Source: an uncultured Winogradskyella sp. (GTDB taxonomy: Bacteria; Bacteroidota; Bacteroidia; Flavobacteriales; Flavobacteriaceae). From it: a stretch of DNA of 64,000 bases. The stretch is from positions 144,777 through 208,776 of the forward strand of contig NZ_CANMXL010000004.1 in the NCBI RefSeq assembly GCF_947501905.1, given 5' to 3'. The notes beneath the pieces were generated by a model. The model did not search any database. It was not told the origin of the DNA and saw only the letters and a program-made list of their open reading frames with translations. A program made the position numbers and the translations under genes. Within the stretch, counting starts at the first letter, position 1. Each line of letters begins with the position of its first letter. Shown here piece after piece: positions 57,712-64,000 of this stretch.

Positions 57712-58496
57712 TTTTGCAAGTTATTATTACTGTTTTTAAGCCATACCATAGGTGAGCGTTCTTTATTCATGCAATCTTTAATTATTCTCTTAGCCTCAAT
57801 AAAATCTATCCAATCTACTTCATAATATGGCTCCACTAACCAGTTCAGTTTATTTGGAATATAAAAATTAAAACTTTTAAATAGTTCAATCTTATTGAAA
57901 GAGAGATAAAATCCTGAAATGCAGTCGTAATTTAGAGGTGATATATCTTTAATATGGCTTTCAAAGGGTAAGAATAACTGGGCTTTATAAGAAACTTGCT
58001 GACTAATGTCTTCTGTTTGAATATTAAATGTCTCCAATGCGTCTCTACAGTGGTTGGAGTAGAGAAGTGGTAGTTGCTTATCTCTTAGCTTTTGAAGCTT
58101 ATAAACTAGTCTGTCTTTTTGGTTTGGACCAATCCATTTCGATAATTCATCTCCATTCACATTTGGGTCATAGAGGTAGAATTTATAAATCACTTCAAGA
58201 TGAATACATTTGGATTTGTCTTTTAGTATAAAGTCCAATTCACCAATAGTAATTTTATCATTTTTAATCTGAATATTTTCAGCTTTAACATCTGTATTTT
58301 CTGAATTTTTTAGCTGATGACTTATAAATTCTTCAACACGTTTGCCCAGTCTAATCTCTTTAAATCTAGAATGATTTTCAATAGAAAATAACTTAGTTTC
58401 AAATTGAAATTGTTCAAGTTCAAAAACATCTGAATTACTCCAAAGATTATGAGTTTTTAAAAACCCTTTATACTGAAATTCGATGTTGTTTTTCAT
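57690..58496 (-). CDS. DUF1853-family protein (PD-(D/E)xK nuclease-like core)
   Basis: GELDFIL...(x10)...HLEVIYKFY matches a D...E.K restriction-endonuclease-like signature. The family name is recalled, not searched. Confidence 0.5.
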   Translation of the reverse strand: MKNNIEFQYKGFLKTHNLWSNSDVFELEQFQFETKLFSIENHSRFKEIRLGKRVEEFISHQLKNSENTDVKAENIQIKNDKITIGELDFILKDKSKCIHLEVIYKFYLYDPNVNGDELSKWIGPNQKDRLVYKLQKLRDKQLPLLYSNHCRDALETFNIQTEDISQQVSYKAQLFLPFESHIKDISPLNYDCISGFYLSFNKIELFKSFNFYIPNKLNWLVEPYYEVDWIDFIEAKRIIKDCMNKERSPMVWLKNSNNNLQKCFITFW

Positions 58497-58553
58497 TCGG
58501 ATTTAAAAATACAAAGAAGCATTAATAATTGAAGTGGCGGACTTAAATAAGTT

Positions 58554-58561
58554 TACCTTTG
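58554..58561 (+). promoter_or_regulatory. candidate -7 promoter box (TACCTTTG) for the DEAD-box helicase gene
   Basis: It is an exact TAnnTTTG match 18 nt upstream of the ATG at 58579. It lies inside the longer GTG-initiated ORF from the track. Confidence 0.35.
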
Positions 58562-58578
58562 CAGCAAAATTATTAGCA

Positions 58579-59697
58579 ATGGCAACATTTTTAGAACTTG
58601 GTATTTCAAAATCTTATGTAAAAGGTTTAAAAGAGTTAGGAATTAAGCATCCTACAAAAATACAGCAAGAAGTTATACCTGTTTTATTAGAATCTAAAAC
58701 TGACTTAATTGGTTTAGCACAAACTGGCACAGGAAAAACAGCAGCTTTTGGCTTACCAGTATTAAATTCAATAGATGCCAGTAATGATAATGTACAAACT
58801 TTAATTATTGCACCTACAAGAGAGTTGGTGCAACAAATTAAAAAGCAGCTTTTTAAATTCACAAAATATATTGACCACAAGATTTTTGTAGAAGGTGTTT
58901 ATGGTGGCGAAAAGATGGATAGGCAAATAAAGGCACTTTCTAGAACTACCCACATAGTTGTTGCTACACCAGGGCGATTATTAGACCTTGTAGAAAGAGG
59001 TGCAGTGGATATTAGTCACGTTAAAACTTTAGTTTTAGATGAGGCAGATGAAATGCTAAGTATGGGCTTTAAAGAAGATTTAAGTAAGATTTTAAAGTAT
59101 AATACTGAAACACGAAACACATGGCTGTTCTCTGCAACGATGCCCAACGAAATTCTGAAGATGGTTAAGACCTATATGTCTCATGATGCTGTGCGTATTG
59201 AGATTGATAAAAACGCTTTAGTAAATGAAAATATTTCACATCATTTTATAAATACGTCAATACCAAATAAAACCTTAGTTATCAGTAAACTTTTAGATAA
59301 ACATCCAAATGATAGAGGTGTTATTTTCTGTAGAACAAAAGCTGGTACAAAAAAATTAGCACAAGAGCTTAAAAACGAAGGTTTTTCAGTTGATGCATTA
59401 GAAGGCGATATGCAACAAAAAGAGCGTGATAAAGTGATGCGCGCATTTAAAAATGAAAGTTTACAATTTTTAGTGTCTACTGATGTTTCTGCCCGCGGTA
59501 TTGATGTCAATAATTTGGCGTTTGTGATTCATCATCAATTACCAGAACAGCTAGAATATTATACGCATCGTAGTGGCCGAACTGCAAGAGCTGGGAAAAC
59601 AGGACAATCAATTGCTTTAATTATATCTGGAGAAATGCAAAAAGTTGTTGATACCCAAAAAGCATTAGATATTACCTTTAAAGAGTTTACTCTGTAA
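58579..59697 (+). CDS. DEAD-box ATP-dependent RNA helicase
   Basis: It has a Q-motif region, AQTGTGKT, PTRELV, DEAD, SAT and HRSGRTARAG motifs. Confidence 0.9.
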   Translation: MATFLELGISKSYVKGLKELGIKHPTKIQQEVIPVLLESKTDLIGLAQTGTGKTAAFGLPVLNSIDASNDNVQTLIIAPTRELVQQIKKQLFKFTKYIDHKIFVEGVYGGEKMDRQIKALSRTTHIVVATPGRLLDLVERGAVDISHVKTLVLDEADEMLSMGFKEDLSKILKYNTETRNTWLFSATMPNEILKMVKTYMSHDAVRIEIDKNALVNENISHHFINTSIPNKTLVISKLLDKHPNDRGVIFCRTKAGTKKLAQELKNEGFSVDALEGDMQQKERDKVMRAFKNESLQFLVSTDVSARGIDVNNLAFVIHHQLPEQLEYYTHRSGRTARAGKTGQSIALIISGEMQKVVDTQKALDITFKEFTL

Positions 59698-59809
59698 CTT
59701 TAGAGCAAACATTAAGTCGCTTAATTATTTGATAATTAAAGGTTAAAGTCGTAATTTTAACTATTATCGGTATAATTTTTGATTAACTTTAAGGTATAAA
59801 TCTTTAGTT

Positions 59810-60391
59810 ATGAAAAAATCAATTCTCATATTAGTTCTCAGTCTATTTGTTTCTAGTATTAGTTTTTCTCAGACTCGAGCAGAAAGAAAACAAGCTAAAA
59901 AAGAGCGAATAGAAACTCAGTATAACGAGACAAAAGCATTAATTGAATCCGGAAGCTTTCAATTTGAAGCAAAATGGGCTATCCCATTAGGGAATGATAT
60001 TTCAAGTATTGGGCTAAGCCTTCCTGGCGGTGGAGCCGTTTTTCAAGGTGGTAGAGTAGATATTTCAAACAATTCTAATAAGGTGAGTATTGATGCGAAT
60101 AATGCTGATGTCTATTTACCATATTTTGGTCGTGTCTTTTTTCCAAAACGCATCTCAAATGAACGAGGTATACAATACAAAGGTGAAATTGAAGATTATA
60201 CTATTGATTATAACGAAAAGAAAAAAGTAATAACAATTAAGTTTAAAGCCGACTCACCGGGTGATTTTTTAAAATTTATATATAGAATTAATTATGGTGG
60301 CAACACCACAATAACTGTTAATAGTACTAACAGACAAACCATTTCTTATAATGGTAAAATCACTGCATTGAAAGAAAAAGGAGCTAATTAA
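59810..60391 (+). CDS. secreted hypothetical protein (possibly DUF4251)
   Basis: It has a signal peptide and an LPYFGR motif. The family assignment is from memory only. Confidence 0.4.
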   Translation: MKKSILILVLSLFVSSISFSQTRAERKQAKKERIETQYNETKALIESGSFQFEAKWAIPLGNDISSIGLSLPGGGAVFQGGRVDISNNSNKVSIDANNADVYLPYFGRVFFPKRISNERGIQYKGEIEDYTIDYNEKKKVITIKFKADSPGDFLKFIYRINYGGNTTITVNSTNRQTISYNGKITALKEKGAN

Positions 60392-62571
60392 TTGCGTTTT
60401 CCTGGCTTATAGGTTTCTTCAGCTACTTTAATAACATCTTCATAATAGTAAGGCACATCTTTAAATTCCATATCCGCATAACGCTGTGCTTGGTCATTAA
60501 AATGAGGTGAATTTATATTACTGCTTTGACCACCAGCTAACATTGTTTTAGCTTTTACTTTATCACCAAACTCTACTACTGCAACAAAGCTATTACCACG
60601 AGTTCCGTATATCTTCTTGGCTTCTGGGTTTGTGTAACTAACGCCATATGCAGCCAATGCTCCCCAACGACCTGATGCAAAACCAACTGGAATACTGGGT
60701 TTGTTATCATCAAATTTTTGCTTGATATCGCTGTTGAGTCTTTGATAACGATTGACTTCTCCCCACGGTAAATTCCAAGACCCGAAAGTTTCTGTGAGGT
60801 AGTTAATTGTCTCTTTAAATATTTTCAATTTTTCAAAATCTGGTGATGAGTCGCTTCCAAAGTATTCAAATAGCTGCATAGAATTCATTGGATTTGGTCG
60901 ACTACCATTACGCAAAACATTCATTCCATAAAAATGAGCTAAGGTCATAGCTACTGATTCTTTTGAAGTTTTATAATCCCAGTTTCTTAGTATTTCTATA
61001 GCTCCACCTAATTCTTTAGTTCTATCAATTTTGTCATATGCTGCGGTTAATCCTGGAATCAAAACTTCGAAAGCTGGCAAATATGGATCATGTGCCATTT
61101 CAATAACAGAATCTAAAGTATAATCTTTGTTTTTACTTAATAAATCTATTGCATGAACACCTCTAAAATTTTCGCGATTTAAGGACATATAATTTGGATA
61201 ATCTTCTACTTTAGGGCTAAACTCTGCAGCAGCTGTAAAAGGCGTAGAATTACAATTCTGGAGCCAACCATTTTCAGGGTTTAATAGTGTGATATGTTGA
61301 TCTACTTCGTGTAATCCTTGCCAATCTGTTTTTGGATTACTGCCATCTACTGGTTGTCTATAATTAAAGCTAATATCGCGTTTAGGGATAAAATTACCAT
61401 GGAAATAAGCAATATTGCCTTCAGCATCTGCATAGACCGTATTGTTAGATGAATTGGTTTTTATATTCATCATGTTTCTAAACCCATTATAACCGTCTTG
61501 TTTGGTACGGATGTAAGATTGCTCTAAAGCTTTTACTGGTTCCCACATCATAGCAGTGGCAATCCATTTGCCATCTTTACTCTGAGTAATTGGTCCGTGA
61601 TGTGTTCTGTAAAATGGAAACGTTTTAGTTTTAATAGAATCGCCATCTTTATACTTTAGTGTTGTTTCAAAAGATTTTACTTCTCTTAATTCCTTACCAT
61701 AGCGATACATGAGTTTGTCTTCAACCTTTATTAAATCTTCTTCAAATTCATCAATAACATCAGTATAAGTAGAAGTATGCATCCAACCGGTTTTCTCATT
61801 AAATCCTTGATAAACAAAAAACTGCCCCCAAGTTACTGCACCATAGGCATTAAGTCCTTCTTCGCTTACTACATGAACTTCTCCTCGAAAAAAGAATGAG
61901 GTATGTGGATTAATCAATAAAATTGGGTTTCCAGATTTTGTTAGCTTTCCTGATATTGCAATACCATTAGAGCCAGAAGGTTCAGTTTCCAACCGTTCTT
62001 TTTTTGATTTAGCCTCTTCGAATAGTTTAGAATCCCCACCTTCATAAAAGGCTTTAATCTTTCTGGTAGACACACGTTCAATATCGCCACCAATAGAGCC
62101 TTCAGAAAAGTACATAGACATCCAAGGTTCAAACTTTGTAAGCAAACGTGGTTTTACTTCTGGATGTGTGTATAGATAATAATTAATACCATCTGCAAAA
62201 GCGTTGCACAATTCTTTTAACCAGTCTGGGCTTTTGTCATAATTTTCTTTGGCTTCATCAATGGTCATAAACATCTTAGCACGTAAATCACTATATATGG
62301 CAGACTCTCCTTCAACCTCTGCTAATCGACCTGTAGCCCATATATAATTTTGCTCTACACGATTAAAATCATCTTCACATTGTGCATATAATAAACCAAA
62401 AACAGCTTCTGCATCTGTTTTGCCATAAACATGTGGTATGCCAAAATTGTCCCTAATTATTGTGATATTTTCAGCAATTTCTTGCCATCTTTCGACATCA
62501 GTTAGTTTAGGTTTCTCCGTTTTACAAGAAATAAATAATAAAGAAATAAATAGTAAAGAAACGTACTTCAT
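60388..62571 (-). CDS. penicillin/AHL-acylase family protein (Ntn hydrolase, peptidase S45)
   Basis: The 727-aa protein has a lipoprotein-type signal (LFISC) and a candidate autoprocessing site, EPSG|SNGIAISG, which would give an N-terminal Ser nucleophile. Confidence 0.75.
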   Translation of the reverse strand: MKYVSLLFISLLFISCKTEKPKLTDVERWQEIAENITIIRDNFGIPHVYGKTDAEAVFGLLYAQCEDDFNRVEQNYIWATGRLAEVEGESAIYSDLRAKMFMTIDEAKENYDKSPDWLKELCNAFADGINYYLYTHPEVKPRLLTKFEPWMSMYFSEGSIGGDIERVSTRKIKAFYEGGDSKLFEEAKSKKERLETEPSGSNGIAISGKLTKSGNPILLINPHTSFFFRGEVHVVSEEGLNAYGAVTWGQFFVYQGFNEKTGWMHTSTYTDVIDEFEEDLIKVEDKLMYRYGKELREVKSFETTLKYKDGDSIKTKTFPFYRTHHGPITQSKDGKWIATAMMWEPVKALEQSYIRTKQDGYNGFRNMMNIKTNSSNNTVYADAEGNIAYFHGNFIPKRDISFNYRQPVDGSNPKTDWQGLHEVDQHITLLNPENGWLQNCNSTPFTAAAEFSPKVEDYPNYMSLNRENFRGVHAIDLLSKNKDYTLDSVIEMAHDPYLPAFEVLIPGLTAAYDKIDRTKELGGAIEILRNWDYKTSKESVAMTLAHFYGMNVLRNGSRPNPMNSMQLFEYFGSDSSPDFEKLKIFKETINYLTETFGSWNLPWGEVNRYQRLNSDIKQKFDDNKPSIPVGFASGRWGALAAYGVSYTNPEAKKIYGTRGNSFVAVVEFGDKVKAKTMLAGGQSSNINSPHFNDQAQRYADMEFKDVPYYYEDVIKVAEETYKPGKRN

Positions 62572-62581
62572 GATTGCTAAA

Positions 62582-62618
62582 ATTTGTTGCGTGAAGTTAA
62601 TTCACACAGACAACAAAT
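62582..62618 (-). terminator. possible hairpin terminator/attenuator between the M23 and acylase genes
   Basis: ATTTGTTG-c-GTGAA-gttaa-TTCAC-acaga-CAACAAAT forms a compound hairpin. Only a short T-run follows it on the minus strand. Confidence 0.3.
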
Positions 62619-62648
62619 CAAAACCAGTAAAATTTAAATCAGATTATA

Positions 62649-63575
62649 CTATAGTTCTAAAACTAATTTCTGCCCAATTCTTAGTGTTGAAGATTTTCTG
62701 ATTGAATTTGTTCTGCAAATCGCAGCAATAGAGACATTGTTACGTTTCGAAATTCTAGAAAGTGTGTCACCAGACCTAACAACATATACTTTTTTAGTTT
62801 TTACTAAACTCGCTAATGCTTGCTCTTTAGTAGTAAACAACTTAAGCTTAGATTTACGTCTTGGACTATGTAATGATGCGCGTGTCCATTCTTTGGTAAC
62901 CCATAATTCTTTAGACCTTATTTTATTATCTTCAGAAAAATCAAAAATATATTCTGGATGTATGTATTGACCTTTATAACTTGTTACTAAATGTAAGTGA
63001 CTACCTGTAGAACGCCCAGTATTACCACCTTTACCAATAAGTTGACCTTTTGCAATAGTGTCATTTGGCTTTACTTTTATTTTAGATAAATGTGCATAAG
63101 CCGTTTCAAGACCATTATAATGTCTAATAACTACGACTTTGCCATGACCGCGACTATATTTTGCAAAACGTACCACACCATCTAATATACTAACAACACT
63201 ATCTCCAGTAACCAAATCGATATCTATGCCTTGATGTGGTCTTCCACGACGCCAACCATAGCGAGACGTAATAACCTTATTTTTTGTAATTGGTGAGGCG
63301 TAATTAGAATCTTTGAATGTAATCTGTAATGGAAACTTAACCACTTCATTTCGGTAGGGATTAAAATTTACAGTATCCCAAAACTCTGCTTTTATATCAA
63401 TAGAATCATTTACAGCACTATCTAAATCTACTAAAGGAATAATAATTTCTTGAGTGGGAAGCCCTTTTTCAGGTATTGATTTAACAACAATTTTTAAAGA
63501 ATCCTGAGGCGTATTTTGGGTAAATAATAGAGTAGAAGCCAACAGAAATACAATTGAAGCTATTATAGGTTTCAT
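62649..63575 (-). CDS. M23-family metallopeptidase with C-terminal LysM domain
   Basis: It has HQGIDI and GNTGRSTGSHLH motifs. The LysM signature is YVVRSGDTLSRISKRNNVSIAAICRTNSI.....L..GQKL. Confidence 0.85.
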   Translation of the reverse strand: MKPIIASIVFLLASTLLFTQNTPQDSLKIVVKSIPEKGLPTQEIIIPLVDLDSAVNDSIDIKAEFWDTVNFNPYRNEVVKFPLQITFKDSNYASPITKNKVITSRYGWRRGRPHQGIDIDLVTGDSVVSILDGVVRFAKYSRGHGKVVVIRHYNGLETAYAHLSKIKVKPNDTIAKGQLIGKGGNTGRSTGSHLHLVTSYKGQYIHPEYIFDFSEDNKIRSKELWVTKEWTRASLHSPRRKSKLKLFTTKEQALASLVKTKKVYVVRSGDTLSRISKRNNVSIAAICRTNSIRKSSTLRIGQKLVLEL

Positions 63576-63672
63576 TTGATTATAAATAATAGATGCGCAA
63601 ATGTAAACGATATATAAAGCGTTCTATTATAAGTTAACTAAAGTTTATCCTAAAAATATTAACATTTAAGGA

Positions 63673-64000
63673 TTACTGATATTTCCAATATTCTCTTGCA
63701 CCAGTAGTACACTCACAATTACTAACGCCTTGTAGTAAATCTATACCAATAGTAATACTATGTGTTCCTGAATTATAACCCGCTAAATCATTAACTGTAA
63801 ATTGGTAAGAATACGCAAAGTAGAATCCTTTTTTCATGACGCCTGCCATAGGTCCAATATTAAGAGGCTTTAATAATTGATCATTTAAAAAACGATAAGA
63901 AGCTCCAATCCAGTAGTAATCACCATATCTATTTAGCTTTCTATACTTAAAATTAATGTCAGTACTTGATCGTCCGTCACTGTTAAATCTTTGGTAAAAC
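63673..64000 (-). CDS. PorP/SprF-family T9SS membrane protein, 5'-partial (runs off the right edge)
   Basis: This ORF is not in the supplied track, so I translated it by hand: ...FYQRFNSDGRSSTDINFKYRKLNRYGDYYWIGASYRFLNDQ...YSYQFTVNDLAGYNSGTHSITIGIDL...WKYQ*. The Y.F....L..YN.G.HEI..G pattern is typical of PorP/SprF. Confidence 0.55.
   Translation of the reverse strand, partial: FYQRFNSDGRSSTDINFKYRKLNRYGDYYWIGASYRFLNDQLLKPLNIGPMAGVMKKGFYFAYSYQFTVNDLAGYNSGTHSITIGIDLLQGVSNCECTTGAREYWKYQ

Noticed and set aside
59698-59809. The AT-only palindrome TTAATTAT-ttg-ATAATTAA after the DEAD-box helicase gene, considered as a terminator.
   Set aside because: The stem is entirely A/T, no T-run follows, and its stability is too low to call.
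1-64000. I looked for rRNA, tRNA, CRISPR arrays, IS transposases, integrases and prophage genes.
   Set aside because: I found no regularly spaced direct repeats, no tRNA-like T-arm (GGTTCGAATCC-type) motifs and no recognisable transposase, integrase or phage structural proteins in any listed ORF. This was a by-eye scan without tRNAscan or Infernal, so small ncRNAs could be missed.

Overview
This 64 kb window is AT-rich and densely packed with about 58 protein-coding genes, and it looks like core chromosome of a Flavobacteriia (Bacteroidota) bacterium. The lineage markers are a BatA-type double-TM protein, a large LptD-like OMP, a PorP/SprF (T9SS) fragment at the right edge, BshA, a GH3/beta-lactamase fusion, and TAnnTTTG-type -7 boxes. 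Most genes are housekeeping: aroC, serB, ung, mutS2, bshA, an lpxH-like gene, an E1 dehydrogenase fusion, an RNA helicase, a pseudouridine synthase, and many secreted peptidases (M61, S10, M19, M23, S45). I saw no rRNA, tRNA, CRISPR array, transposase or integrase. The best candidate for an undescribed system is a tightly packed four-gene operon at 37284-41481. It encodes a GshB-like ATP-grasp ligase, a rhodanese with an extra C-terminal domain, an N-formylglutamate-amidohydrolase-fold hydrolase, and a DUF1704/QEGLA HExxxH metallopeptidase. An acidic-amino-acid/cation symporter gene lies directly upstream. I read this as a ligase plus two amidases plus sulfur transfer, that is, a metabolite or C-terminal tagging/de-tagging module of unknown substrate. 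Other points worth a second look:
- A GIY-YIG nuclease gene bracketed by two copies of a palindromic repeat module (8510-8994).
- A perfect 16-bp inverted repeat with a 107-nt spacer (41483-41621).
- A 384-bp 'empty' intergenic region with two tandem micro-ORFs and a strand-specific terminator (53716-54099).
- A dihydroorotase-like protein whose metal ligands are substituted, translationally coupled to a BatA-like protein.
- A secreted esterase-ankyrin fusion.
All family calls come from reading motifs in the supplied translations. No database search was run.
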